This document shows, piece by piece, positions 32,138 through 42,300 of a stretch of 64,000 nucleotides of DNA. Position 1 is the stretch's first letter, and every line of letters begins with the position of its first letter. The notes under the pieces are model-generated. The model saw only the letters and a program-made list of their open reading frames with translations, did no database searches and was not told the origin of the DNA. This DNA is from Candidatus Dadabacteria bacterium (lineage in GTDB: Bacteria; Desulfobacterota_D; UBA1144; Nemesobacterales; CSP1-2), in the NCBI GenBank assembly GCA_963805855.1, contig CAWDVW010000005.1:768001-832000 (forward strand). The letters run 5' to 3'. A program made the position numbers and the translations under genes.

Positions 32138-32171
32138 ATTTGACCTCCTCAACATGGTTAATTCTCCCAAT

Positions 32172-32843
32172 TTAGCTCCGTTTTATATTTCTTATAGTTT
32201 CATCTGCTGTCCAAACCGCATTTGCAAGAAAGCGAAAATTGATGGTAGCCGATTGATAACCGTCTCCTTCCGGAACTCGTGCGGCAGCGGTAGCATCTTT
32301 AACTACCGCAATCTCGAATCCTTGTTCTAATAGTTCCCGCAAATGAGATTCCACGCATAAATTAGCGGACATACCAGCCAGGATGAGCTTATCTATCCCA
32401 CGCTTTCTTAACTGTAGAGTTAGATCGTTCGATTCCGGTCCATATACCTTATGCGGACTCACAACAATAGTTTTCCCATCATTAATATATGGCTTGTATT
32501 GTTCAAGCCAGTCCGCACCCGAGCCCTCAAAATCTTCCAGGCTTAGTGGTCCCTTGCGATCAAACATATTAATGTCGTGCATCAACTTCTCGAGCGCTCC
32601 CTCGAATTTCCATCCGTGATCAGCCGGATAATAGTAGTGAGGCGAGATGAAGACTTGAATACCATTTTGTTTGGCTGCTTTTAGCAATAGTTCTATGTTT
32701 TCAACTGTGTTATTCTCAGTGACACTTTCACCGACGACTCCCCAGGCAACTCCTTTTGGGCTTAGAAAGTCATTTTGCGGATCTGTAATTACAAGTGCGG
32801 TCCGCTCCTCGTCAACTTGTAATCCTGGGTTTGGTAATGCCAT
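32172..32843 (-). CDS. Isochorismatase-family cysteine hydrolase
   Basis: ALVITDPQNDF, HK, GMSANLCVES catalytic Asp-Lys-Cys. Confidence 0.92.
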   Translation of the reverse strand: MALPNPGLQVDEERTALVITDPQNDFLSPKGVAWGVVGESVTENNTVENIELLLKAAKQNGIQVFISPHYYYPADHGWKFEGALEKLMHDINMFDRKGPLSLEDFEGSGADWLEQYKPYINDGKTIVVSPHKVYGPESNDLTLQLRKRGIDKLILAGMSANLCVESHLRELLEQGFEIAVVKDATAAARVPEGDGYQSATINFRFLANAVWTADETIRNIKRS

Positions 32844-32888
32844 CGTACTAGCCTCCTTGCATCGAGATTTGATTTCACCAGTACTAGC

Positions 32889-32904
32889 GCAACTCTTGTG
32901 CCAA
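32889..32904 (-). promoter_or_regulatory. Sigma54 -24/-12 promoter of hydrolase-Rieske-P460 operon
   Basis: Minus strand TTGGCAC-AAGAG-TTGC. Confidence 0.85.
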
Positions 32905-33293
32905 ACAAAAAAATGTTTCGTTTAACTAGATCTAATGTGCCGAAGTTTAAAGATTTTTTTCCAAGGTGCTTGTACGTAATGTATTCTCAGAGCGATAGAA
33001 GATTACTGTTACATATCGTGGGGCTGTGAAATATCAAAGCGGAGTAAGAAATGGATTTTGATTTTAAGGGTCGCTTGCCTTCTTACGTGCAATTTGACAT
33101 ACAAAATCAAATATCATAAAATGGTTTTTAGGGTCTTGTAAGCTCCCGATAAAAACCCTAATATGGAAAACGACTTATCAGACTCAAAACATTTAAGATT
33201 CGGTCGTCCCAAGAATCCAACCAGCTTTCTTATACCCATATTGATTAGACTAGATTCATGTAAAGGAGTTCCAGTCTCTGGTTCTTATCTAAA

Positions 33294-34277
33294 ATGATCG
33301 ATGAGCTTAGCGCTCTTGAAAGGATTAGAGTGCGATTTGAAAAGGTATCTAAAAGCGTTTTTCTAGGGATTGGTGACGATACAGCCGCGGTAAAAATTCA
33401 CGCTAAAAGACTCCTTCTCGCAACTACTGACTCACAGGTCGAGGATGTACACTTCATAAAAAGGCTTTTCTCAGCTACCGATCTTGCCAGGAGATCGGTC
33501 GCCGTTTCGGTGAGTGATATTGGTGCGATGGGGGGGATACCCAAATTTTTCCTAGCATCTATGGGATTCTCAAGTCAGGAAGATGAAGCATTTCTCGAAG
33601 AGTTAATGAATGGATTTGAGTCCGGAGCAAAGGAATTCGGGTTAGAATTGATAGGAGGTAACCTAAGTTCGTCAAATAAAATTTTCATAGATATAACTGT
33701 GCTCGGTGAAGTAGAGCCTCAATTAATAGTGAAAAGAAATGGAGCAAAACCGGGAGACTTCCTATACCTCAGCGGTTCGGTGGGAGATTCCGCTTTGGGC
33801 CAAAAGTTACTAGGAAGCAGTAAAATTGCAGAGTCCGACGAGTATTTAATAATGAGACATAAAAGACCTCAGCCAAGGCTTGACCTCGGCAGAGAACTCG
33901 CAAGAAAAAAACTCGCCAGTTCTATGATTGACATAAGCGACGGTCTTTTGCTTGACCTCGAACGAATATCTATCAAACAGGGTTTAGGTGCCACAATATA
34001 CCTTGATCGCATACCATTGTCATCCAACTATAAGAAGCGAATCTCAGATTTTTCAAAGGATCTTTATTCGATCGCAATCTCCGGAGGAGAAGACTATGAA
34101 CTACTTTTTTCTTCGTCTAAAGAAAATGAAGAAGCAATACAAGAACTGTCGAGAATTCAAAAAATAAAGATAACAAAAATAGGGCATATAACCGAACAAC
34201 CCTCAATTCATCTCCTGAACGAAGATGGAGAAGAAATTAGCTACGACGACAGGGGATTTGTTCATTTTGTTTCATAG
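33294..34277 (+). CDS. thiL: Thiamine-monophosphate kinase
   Basis: GIGDDTA, SDIGAMGG, DISDGL, GGEDYEL. Confidence 0.95.
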   Translation: MIDELSALERIRVRFEKVSKSVFLGIGDDTAAVKIHAKRLLLATTDSQVEDVHFIKRLFSATDLARRSVAVSVSDIGAMGGIPKFFLASMGFSSQEDEAFLEELMNGFESGAKEFGLELIGGNLSSSNKIFIDITVLGEVEPQLIVKRNGAKPGDFLYLSGSVGDSALGQKLLGSSKIAESDEYLIMRHKRPQPRLDLGRELARKKLASSMIDISDGLLLDLERISIKQGLGATIYLDRIPLSSNYKKRISDFSKDLYSIAISGGEDYELLFSSSKENEEAIQELSRIQKIKITKIGHITEQPSIHLLNEDGEEISYDDRGFVHFVS

Positions 34278-35630
34278 ATGCAAGATATAGCCTTTATACA
34301 AAATCTTTTTTTGCTTTTGATCTTTCTTTTTCTCTCGGGATTCTTTTCAATGTCTGAGGGGGCGCTTTTTTCACTTGGCAGGCACCATCGCGCTCAGATC
34401 AAAAAAGAGGGTAAAAAAAATGCCACACTGATTGAGAGACTTCTAAGGGAACCTTACAAATTAATAATTACAATTCATCTTTCAGATGAAATTCTTAACG
34501 TTGCCTACTCGAGCATAACAGCATTGACGGTTAGACAATTACTGGCAAATTACTGGAACGAAGGATTTCTCACCATATTATCAATTTGTATCGCATCTCC
34601 CAGTCTGCTGCTCCTCGGTGAGATAGGACCCAAGACAATTGGAGTCAAGTACCCTAGACTGATAGCTAGAATCATCTCCTATCCCTTAAATCTCTACCAC
34701 ATGCTAATAACCCCTCTTAGAGTAATAGTTATGGCACTTTCCATCGGTATAACATGGATTTTGGGAGGGGGGAAGATCGAGCATGAAAGTAAAGACGGTT
34801 TCTCACCGGAGGAGATGAAGGCGCTACTAGGACTAGGAACTCAAGAGGGTGTATTGACAGACATTGAAAGGAAACTGGTAAGCAGCTTATTTAAACTTGA
34901 GGACATACGCGTCGACAAACTCATGACCCCCGGAATAAACCTGTTCTCCCTTCCGGTAGACATAACCACTCATCAAGCTATTAACAGCATAAAAAAAAGT
35001 GGGTTCTCAAGGGTTCCTATTTATAATGAAGAAAAGGACAGCATAGTAGGGATCCTCTATGCGAAAGACCTTCTATCATCAAACTCTTCAAACGGACAGA
35101 ACAAGTTAGAAGGAATTTTAAGGCCACCATATTTCATTCCTAAGACAAAAAGGGCATTCGATCTCTTGAGGGAGTTTCAGCAGAAGAGAACTCAGATAGC
35201 AATAGTTGTAGACGAATACGGTAGGGTTGACGGCATAATAACAATGGAGGATATCCTCGAGGAGCTGTTCGGCGAGATTGAAGACGAGAGGAGAGCCATA
35301 AAGGACAGTAAAGTAGTTCGAGAGGGTGAGACTCTTATAATACCTGGGAGCATGAAGATAGAAGAATTCAACGATGGCTACATATTTACGGTACTCAGGC
35401 CCGGCGGCCTAAGTTCTTTAGCAGCTGACCTTGACGATTCAATTATACCGGCTCAGGAAGATCGTGAAACGCTTGGTGGATTCGTTTTTGATCTATTTGG
35501 ACGGTTCCCTCATGAGGGCGAACAAGTTAGATTCGGGAGTTTACTCCTCACAGTTAATAAGGTTAGCGGGAAAAGAATCTCAGAGGTTAAAGTCGAAAGA
35601 TACGAGCGGGAGGTGTCGAATGTCGCTTGA
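34278..35630 (+). CDS. CNNM/hemolysin family (DUF21-CBS-CorC) protein
   Basis: FFSMSE, GEIGPK, FSRVPIY, VVDEYG, EDILEELFGEIEDE. Confidence 0.92.
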   Translation: MQDIAFIQNLFLLLIFLFLSGFFSMSEGALFSLGRHHRAQIKKEGKKNATLIERLLREPYKLIITIHLSDEILNVAYSSITALTVRQLLANYWNEGFLTILSICIASPSLLLLGEIGPKTIGVKYPRLIARIISYPLNLYHMLITPLRVIVMALSIGITWILGGGKIEHESKDGFSPEEMKALLGLGTQEGVLTDIERKLVSSLFKLEDIRVDKLMTPGINLFSLPVDITTHQAINSIKKSGFSRVPIYNEEKDSIVGILYAKDLLSSNSSNGQNKLEGILRPPYFIPKTKRAFDLLREFQQKRTQIAIVVDEYGRVDGIITMEDILEELFGEIEDERRAIKDSKVVREGETLIIPGSMKIEEFNDGYIFTVLRPGGLSSLAADLDDSIIPAQEDRETLGGFVFDLFGRFPHEGEQVRFGSLLLTVNKVSGKRISEVKVERYEREVSNVA

Positions 35631-36849
35631 GATCGTTATTCTTGTGGTTGTGATATGCCTCCTGCTTCAGGCTTTTTTTGCAGGATCCGAGATTGCGATT
35701 GTTTCCTGCGATAAGGTAAAGATGAAAGCCCTGGCAGAGAAGGGCTCTACGAGTGCAAAGCTGGTTTTAGACTCTTTCCTGAAGATCGAAAGATTCGTGA
35801 GCACATCTCTCGTCGGGATAAATCTCTCGCTCATAACAAGCACGATTGTACTAACTTTCTTCATACAGGATTATCTTGGCAAGGGGGGGGAATTGTACGC
35901 AATATTGATACTCTCTCCCTTGGTTGTGATATTCGGGCAGGTTGTTCCAAAGGCGGTGTTTCAGAGAAGAAGAAACACAATAGTTCTTTGGTCAATCTAT
36001 CCATTGTGGGTTGCGTCAAGGATATTTTCACCAATCTTATTTATGATCAACATTTTCGTGAGGGGCATGTTAAATCTTATTGGAAGCACGGAAAACCCAT
36101 TTATTACAAGGGAAGAACTACTACACGCCATCAATATAGGCAATAACAGGCTTCAGGCGGATTATAGTGAAAAAATAATCAGAAGAATATTTAGGTTCTC
36201 AGAAACTAAAATCGATGAAATCATGATCCCCTTAATTCAAGTCGTTGCGATCAGCGAGGATACAAAAGTTAGAGATGCTATAAAGATGATTAATGAAACC
36301 GGACACTCCAGAATCCCAATCTATAAAGATAGGGTGGACAATATAACTGGAATGTTGATAGCATTTTATTTGCTTGGAGCGAACCCTGAAGAACCGGTAA
36401 AGAACCACGCACGAACTCCATTCTATGTCCCCGAGACGAAACTTGTAGATGAACTCCTTGACGAGATGAAAAAAGGACGTGCCGGAATGGCTGTCGTCGT
36501 CGATGAATACGGAGGAGCTGTAGGAGTCATCACACTTGAAGACATCTTAGAAGAGGTGGTAGGGGAAATCGAAGACGAATACGACAAGGGAATAAAATTC
36601 TGGAGAAAGGTGTCAGAAAATGAATACCTCATAAACACCAAGATCGAGCTGGACGATTTAAACGAGGAGTTAAGGCTCAGCATACCTGAGGGTGATTACG
36701 ATACTCTGAGTGGTTTCCTTCTTACCGAGTTTGGATCAATACCAAATGTTGGAGACAAGATTTCGCATAGAAACTACACCTTCATCGTTACGAAAGCCTC
36801 TTCCCGCCTGATTGAGGAAGCGAAATTAATAATTAAAAATAAAGGGTAA
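35620..36849 (+). CDS. Second CNNM/hemolysin family protein
   Basis: ATG at 35620 with [42 protein letters not shown]. Confidence 0.92.
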   Translation: MSLEIVILVVVICLLLQAFFAGSEIAIVSCDKVKMKALAEKGSTSAKLVLDSFLKIERFVSTSLVGINLSLITSTIVLTFFIQDYLGKGGELYAILILSPLVVIFGQVVPKAVFQRRRNTIVLWSIYPLWVASRIFSPILFMINIFVRGMLNLIGSTENPFITREELLHAINIGNNRLQADYSEKIIRRIFRFSETKIDEIMIPLIQVVAISEDTKVRDAIKMINETGHSRIPIYKDRVDNITGMLIAFYLLGANPEEPVKNHARTPFYVPETKLVDELLDEMKKGRAGMAVVVDEYGGAVGVITLEDILEEVVGEIEDEYDKGIKFWRKVSENEYLINTKIELDDLNEELRLSIPEGDYDTLSGFLLTEFGSIPNVGDKISHRNYTFIVTKASSRLIEEAKLIIKNKG

Positions 36850-36895
36850 CGATTGGATACAGCCTGATTTCCTGATAAGATTCTAAGCATCGGAC

Positions 36896-37483
36896 ATGCC
36901 AAGAAAAGCAAAAGTAGAAAGAAAAACATCTGAAGTCACTGTATCGGTAGACATAAACCTCGATGGTAAAGGCAAGTATGAGATTGAAACCGGTATACCA
37001 TTTTTCAATCATATGCTATCGCAGTTTGCAAAACACGGTTTCTTCGATCTAAAAATTAAAGCTAAGGGAGACATCGATATCGATTTCCACCACACGGTTG
37101 AGGATGTCGGACTTGCTTTGGGGGAGGCATTTCTGAAAGCACTCGGAGACAAAAGGGGAATAGCCAGATTCGGAGAAGCCTTCGTTCCATTCGATGAAAC
37201 CCTTGTTTTTGCCTCAGTCGACCTTAGCGGTAGACCTTTTTTCGTCCATAAGGTCCTCAGGCAAAAGGGCAAAGTTGGTGATTTTGACGTTGAGCTCGAA
37301 AAAGAGTTTTTTAAATCACTATCTAATAGCCTCATGTGCAACCTGCACATTGAGCTAAAACACGGGGATAACATTCATCATATAATCGAAGCAGCCTTTA
37401 AGTCTGTAGGCCGGGCACTCGATCGAGCATCTATGATCGACGCACGCTCGAAGGGAGTACCTTCGACCAAGGGAAGACTCTGA
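36896..37483 (+). CDS. hisB: Imidazoleglycerol-phosphate dehydratase
   Basis: HHTVED, NIHHIIEA, PSTKG. Confidence 0.97.
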   Translation: MPRKAKVERKTSEVTVSVDINLDGKGKYEIETGIPFFNHMLSQFAKHGFFDLKIKAKGDIDIDFHHTVEDVGLALGEAFLKALGDKRGIARFGEAFVPFDETLVFASVDLSGRPFFVHKVLRQKGKVGDFDVELEKEFFKSLSNSLMCNLHIELKHGDNIHHIIEAAFKSVGRALDRASMIDARSKGVPSTKGRL

Positions 37484-37618
37484 TCACGATTCATGATACA
37501 CGATGCAGGATGCAAGATAAATGGAGCCTTTCAGATTCATCCTGTATCATGTATCGTGCATCGTGCATCTGGTATCATAATCTCGTTAATTTGTGTTTAT
37601 TCGTGTCTATTTGTGGCT
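37483..37618. repeat. Short tandem heptamer repeats in inverted arrangement, plus 10-mer repeats
   Basis: GATACAC/GATGCAG/GATGCAA units followed by TATCATG/TATCGTG/CATCGTG units, then ATTTGTGTTT-like units. Confidence 0.65.
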
Positions 37619-37638
37619 GAACTTAATTGAGAAGCTAA

Positions 37639-38289
37639 ATGATTGCAATAATCGATTACGGAATGGGAAATCTCAGGAGTGTCAGCAAGGGGTTCCAAAG
37701 CCTTGGATATTCAACCTCTGTAACAAGAACCCCTGAGGAGATATTAAATTCGAGCGGTATTGTACTTCCCGGAGTCGGCGCGTTCGGTGATTGCATTAGA
37801 AACCTCGATGAATTTAACTTAATAGAACCTATTAAAAAATCCATTATACAAGAGAAACCTTTCTTGGGAATTTGTCTCGGACTGCAGGTGCTGTTTGAGG
37901 AAAGCGAGGAGTCACCAGGAATCAGAGGACTGGGAATCTTCAAGGGCAAGATTCTTAAATTTCCGAAATTCGACGACAAAAGGCTAAAAATACCTCACAT
38001 GGGCTGGAATCAAGTCGAATTTGCTAAAGAAACGCCTTTACTTAAAGGAATACCAAATAGGAGCTGGTTCTATTTTGTACACTCATACTATCCGGAACCC
38101 GACGATCAAGAAATTATCGCAGGGAGGACTACTTACGGCATAGATTTCACATGTGCCGTGAGTAGGGGAAACATCTTTGCGTGCCAATTCCACCCCGAAA
38201 AGAGCAGTAATCTGGGCCTCAGGATTCTAAGTAACTTTGCAAACTTGTTTGGAGAAAAAAACGAGCGTAGGGTTGAAAAAACCGCATAG
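37639..38289 (+). CDS. hisH: Imidazole glycerol phosphate synthase glutaminase subunit
   Basis: IIDYGMGN, PGVG, GICLG, QFHPEKS. Confidence 0.97.
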   Translation: MIAIIDYGMGNLRSVSKGFQSLGYSTSVTRTPEEILNSSGIVLPGVGAFGDCIRNLDEFNLIEPIKKSIIQEKPFLGICLGLQVLFEESEESPGIRGLGIFKGKILKFPKFDDKRLKIPHMGWNQVEFAKETPLLKGIPNRSWFYFVHSYYPEPDDQEIIAGRTTYGIDFTCAVSRGNIFACQFHPEKSSNLGLRILSNFANLFGEKNERRVEKTA

Positions 38290-38433
38290 CCATCAAGGCC
38301 CAAACGATTAAACAATCTCCAAGCGCCAAATGTCAAACGTTTACGATTTTGAAATTGAAAATTGTTTGTAATTCGTGATTTGAGATTTGGGATTTATCTG
38401 TAATTTCTGCGGCTAATTAGTTAGAATGAGCTT

Positions 38434-40470
38434 TTAATCATAGATCGCTTTATATGCCCCGTAGCTCCTCAAAATCCTTCTTATGTAGTTTCTGGTCTCC
38501 CTGAAGGGAATTTCCTCGACAAACTCATCTTTTGGAAGATTTGGAAACATGATTAGCCAATCTTCTGCCCTATTCGGCCCTGCGTTATAACTTGCAAGGG
38601 CTAGATGAATATCACCATTAAACATATTCAACACCTTCTTAAAATAATAGATACCCAATTCAATATTGACCCTAGGGATATTCAGCATCCCCGTATTAAA
38701 ACCATTCATACCTACCTCCCCCGCAGTTAACTTCGCCGTTGATGGAAGCATCTGCATTAGTCCAATTGCATTGGCAGGAGAGCGAACATCCTTTTGAAAT
38801 CTGCTCTCCTCCCTCATTATCGAATAAACTAGGTATTCATCCACGTTATATTTTTTTGCATAGGCCTTTACAATCTCACTATACGCCCGCGGATAGGAAA
38901 GGCTAATCGCTACAGGTGAATTTAGGCCCTCAGCTACTTTTACAGAATTATAAAAGTCGTTCACTCGGGCATAAAGAAGACTCGCTTGGACAAGCTCTTT
39001 ATCGGTGTTGGATCGCTTGAGCATTTCATCTATTTCCAAGGATGCGTCATCAAACATTTCCAGCTCAGCTAATAAGTCGACCTTGAGTCTCTTCGAATCA
39101 TTATCGCCCGATTGAGCATAAGCCTCAGGCGTCAAACCTCCGAAGCTGGGTCTTTTACCTGTCTTGATTTGTGCAAGGTAGGAATGATAAGAAGGGGTTT
39201 GAGACGTTGCAAGCTCATCATAAATAGCAAAGGCTTCTGCTTTTTTCCCTTGCTTTTCTAGAACTCTAGCCTTCCAATATTTATTATTTGTCGAGTTGAA
39301 AGGCACCGAGGAATTTGTGAAGGCGGAAAAGGTAGACAGCGCTTGAATTAACTTTCCCCGGTTGTAATATATCCATCCAAGATTCCAGGCACCATCCTCC
39401 GCAAACTCGCTATTAGGGTACTTTCTTATGAGCTCGTCATATAAGTTTATAGCTCTATCTATGTTGTCGTTTATCTGATAGAGCCTGGCAGCAATATAAA
39501 GACCCTCCGGAGCCAGCGGACTGCTTGGATAAGTTAGATGAAGTGTTCTATAGAGTTCAGATGCCTCTCCATCACGACCTTGCTTAGCCCGGATTTTTGC
39601 CCTCCAATACAGGGAGTCGGGGGAATTGATCCCGGCCAGTGAATTTAAAGCTTCCTCGAGCCTACCAACATGAAACATCGCAATACCCATTTTAGTCTTC
39701 ACATCGCTTGTTTTTGCAACTTTATTAAAATCTTTGAGCGAAGAGCTCCACATTGAGTTATCAAATAATATCTGAGCCCTTTTTAGATAATCTGATTCAC
39801 TAACTGTGAATGGAATCCCCTGCTTACTACCTATGTAAATTGCATTGTTGTATGCGACATCCTCGAAAATACTGTCAGGATACTCTACCCAAAGCGATTT
39901 ATATATATTGGTAGCTTCCATATACTTACCCTGACTCTGCAATGAGTTCCCCAATTTACTTAAGAATAATGCCTTATCCTGTCGATCCGTCTCGTCATTG
40001 TATAAGTTTCTAAATACATTCTCGGCGCCATCATAATTACCGGTCTCAAGGTAGATATCGCCCAGAGCTATCAGGGTCCTTTTCCTGACCCCCGTCGAGG
40101 GATAGGAGCTTATAATTCGATTAAGAAGTTTTTCCGCGCCCGGCGAATTCCCCAAACCCTTCTGCCCAATGGCTTGATAATATAGAATGTAATCGGATAT
40201 GAGTGGCAATTCATTTTCAAGGCCGTCAAGCACTGAAACTCCCTCTTGAAACCTTCCTATTTTTATCAAACAGTATCCTCTCTTGTACCTCTCCTTGGCA
40301 CCCTTACTTACCTGTTGATTAGCCAGATAAGCGCAATTGATTTCTGCTTGGGATGTTTGGTTAACAAACGCTATGGTCACAAAAATCAAAACAATTGATA
40401 AGAGTGCTTTATGGTTCGAACTCAATACAGAATTGAAAAATCGCCCGATATTTAAAGCCAGACTATTCAT
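38434..40470 (-). CDS. slt: Soluble lytic transglycosylase with TPR repeats
   Basis: REESRF, GLMQ, SYNAG, ETRNY. Confidence 0.9.
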   Translation of the reverse strand: MNSLALNIGRFFNSVLSSNHKALLSIVLIFVTIAFVNQTSQAEINCAYLANQQVSKGAKERYKRGYCLIKIGRFQEGVSVLDGLENELPLISDYILYYQAIGQKGLGNSPGAEKLLNRIISSYPSTGVRKRTLIALGDIYLETGNYDGAENVFRNLYNDETDRQDKALFLSKLGNSLQSQGKYMEATNIYKSLWVEYPDSIFEDVAYNNAIYIGSKQGIPFTVSESDYLKRAQILFDNSMWSSSLKDFNKVAKTSDVKTKMGIAMFHVGRLEEALNSLAGINSPDSLYWRAKIRAKQGRDGEASELYRTLHLTYPSSPLAPEGLYIAARLYQINDNIDRAINLYDELIRKYPNSEFAEDGAWNLGWIYYNRGKLIQALSTFSAFTNSSVPFNSTNNKYWKARVLEKQGKKAEAFAIYDELATSQTPSYHSYLAQIKTGKRPSFGGLTPEAYAQSGDNDSKRLKVDLLAELEMFDDASLEIDEMLKRSNTDKELVQASLLYARVNDFYNSVKVAEGLNSPVAISLSYPRAYSEIVKAYAKKYNVDEYLVYSIMREESRFQKDVRSPANAIGLMQMLPSTAKLTAGEVGMNGFNTGMLNIPRVNIELGIYYFKKVLNMFNGDIHLALASYNAGPNRAEDWLIMFPNLPKDEFVEEIPFRETRNYIRRILRSYGAYKAIYD

Positions 40471-40473
40471 AGG

Positions 40474-41295
40474 TTACGTCCCGCTTAATTTCGGATCTAG
40501 CATATCTCTAATGCCTTCACCGAATAGATTAAAAGAGAATGCGGTTATGAAAATCGCAAGACTAGGAAAAACAATCAAATGAGGAAAAGTCCTGATTCCC
40601 TGCCAACCGGTGCTGGCAAGCGTGCCCCAGCTCGACTCGGGCGGAGAAATCCCTAACCCGAGGAAGCTTAATGTAGATTCGGCCAATATAGCATACGGAA
40701 CGGCAAAGGTAACAGTAATGATCAGTGGACTCAGTATGTTAGGAAAGATGTGAACGGTAAGTATTCTGAAGGGAGATGCGCCAAGACCTCGGGCCGACTC
40801 GACAAAATCCACTGCCTTAAGTTGCATGACCGTACCCCTTACAATTCTTGCAACTCTCATCCAGGCAGTAAGCCCAAGGGCAATTACGATGCCCAATACG
40901 CCTCGTCCGATTACCAAAGTAATGAGTACTATAAGCAGTAGATCCGGAAGAGAATAAAATACATCTACTATTCTCATCATCGCCTCGTCAAGCTTTCCCC
41001 CCACGTAACCGGATATAGCCCCGTAGATCGTACCTATAAAAAACGCAACAAATGCTGTTCCGAGAGCAACGAAGATGGATACCCTCGCCCCGTAAATAAC
41101 CCTGCTTAAAAGATCTCTCCCCTCCTCATCGGTTCCCATGAGATGATTCTTACTGGGCGATTTTAAAAGGTTATTAAAGTCTGCTTCATAATAAGCGTAA
41201 GGTGTGATATAAGGAGCAGCCACAGCTACGCCTATAATAGTGATGATAATGAAGCCGGTGAGAACTACTTGTAGCTTTAATAACATATCATTCAA
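40474..41295 (-). CDS. Oligopeptide ABC transporter permease (OppC/DppC-like)
   Basis: MGTD..GRD, ARIVRG, EAA-like FVESARGLGAS, ESTLSFLGLG. Confidence 0.92.
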   Translation of the reverse strand: MNDMLLKLQVVLTGFIIITIIGVAVAAPYITPYAYYEADFNNLLKSPSKNHLMGTDEEGRDLLSRVIYGARVSIFVALGTAFVAFFIGTIYGAISGYVGGKLDEAMMRIVDVFYSLPDLLLIVLITLVIGRGVLGIVIALGLTAWMRVARIVRGTVMQLKAVDFVESARGLGASPFRILTVHIFPNILSPLIITVTFAVPYAILAESTLSFLGLGISPPESSWGTLASTGWQGIRTFPHLIVFPSLAIFITAFSFNLFGEGIRDMLDPKLSGT

Positions 41296-41448
41296 GAACT
41301 TAGGTTAATTAATTTTACTAATTCGATTACATGTATTACATTACCGCCATCACAACAGACACATAATAAGTCGATTGCCCGCAATAATTATCAATGATTT
41401 GGCTAGCGGTTATATAATTTTACAACTTTGAACGAAATAATCATCGAT

Positions 41449-41817
41449 TCAAATGGTTCTTCTCCGATTATTTTTTTTAGAGTACGTTGCCCTTACGATC
41501 GTTTTAATCCCGCCTCTTACGTTAAAATCGCCAATTACCTCAGCCCTCAATGGTTTGCAAGCACCCACGAGATCGTCAAGTATCTTATTGGTGACATGCT
41601 CGTGAAACTCTCCCACATTTCTGTAAGAGTGTATATAGAGCTTAAGAGACTTAAGCTCTATACAAAGTTTGTCAGGTACATACTTGATTCGTATTACAGC
41701 GAAATCAGGCTGCCGCGTCCTTGGGCATATCGAAGTAAATTCGGGGCATGTTATATCAATCTCATACTCCCTCCCCGAATATTGATTTTTAAATGTTTCA
41801 AGTATTTCGCTGCCCAT
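41449..41817 (-). CDS. queF: PreQ0 reductase, unimodular type
   Basis: EFTSICP..QPDFA, ELKSLKLY, FHE, RGG. Confidence 0.95.
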   Translation of the reverse strand: MGSEILETFKNQYSGREYEIDITCPEFTSICPRTRQPDFAVIRIKYVPDKLCIELKSLKLYIHSYRNVGEFHEHVTNKILDDLVGACKPLRAEVIGDFNVRGGIKTIVRATYSKKNNRRRTI

Positions 41818-41840
41818 AATCTAATCTTATGACTCGGATG

Positions 41841-42020
41841 CTATGAATGAACCGTAAGATCAATCTCATAAGCCCCCTTGATCCTTTTTACCCTGTTGTC
41901 ACTGTACCCCTGCGAAATATAGGTGAGTCCTTTCTTAGCCGCCTCCTTTAACTTCTTCGACACTTGTTTTTTGAGCTCCTCTTTAGTTTTAGCCCTGACA
42001 GTGATAATCTTTGCAGGCAT
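41841..42020 (-). CDS. Small basic hypothetical protein (59 aa), absent from the ORF track
   Basis: AGGAGG RBS; MPAKIITVRAKTKEELKKQVSKKLKEAAKKGLTYISQGYSDNRVKRIKGAYEIDLTVHS; stop lies 23 nt before the queF start. Confidence 0.65.
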   Translation of the reverse strand: MPAKIITVRAKTKEELKKQVSKKLKEAAKKGLTYISQGYSDNRVKRIKGAYEIDLTVHS

Positions 42021-42161
42021 ATGACATTAAATCCTCCTGTTTGGAAATTTTAGGCCTAGACAAAATTATTTTATGTATTATATACAAATATGCAATAGAA
42101 TAGATCACTAGACTAGATCTTGACTGAAATGATGATTTTATAAATACTAAAAACCTTCAAC

Positions 42162-42235
42162 TGGGGGATAGTCTAACGGCAGGACGATGGGCTCTGGACC
42201 CATAAGTCTAGGTTCGAATCCTAGTCCCCCAGCCA
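42162..42235 (+). tRNA. tRNA-Gln(CTG)
   Basis: TGGGGGA/TCCCCCA acceptor, ATGGG-CTCTGGA-CCCAT anticodon arm, GGTTCGAATCC, CCA. Confidence 0.95.
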
Positions 42236-42300
42236 CATGAAACAATGCTGATCTAGGAAGATTCTGATTTCCAGAAAATAATATGTTCTATTCTGATTAA

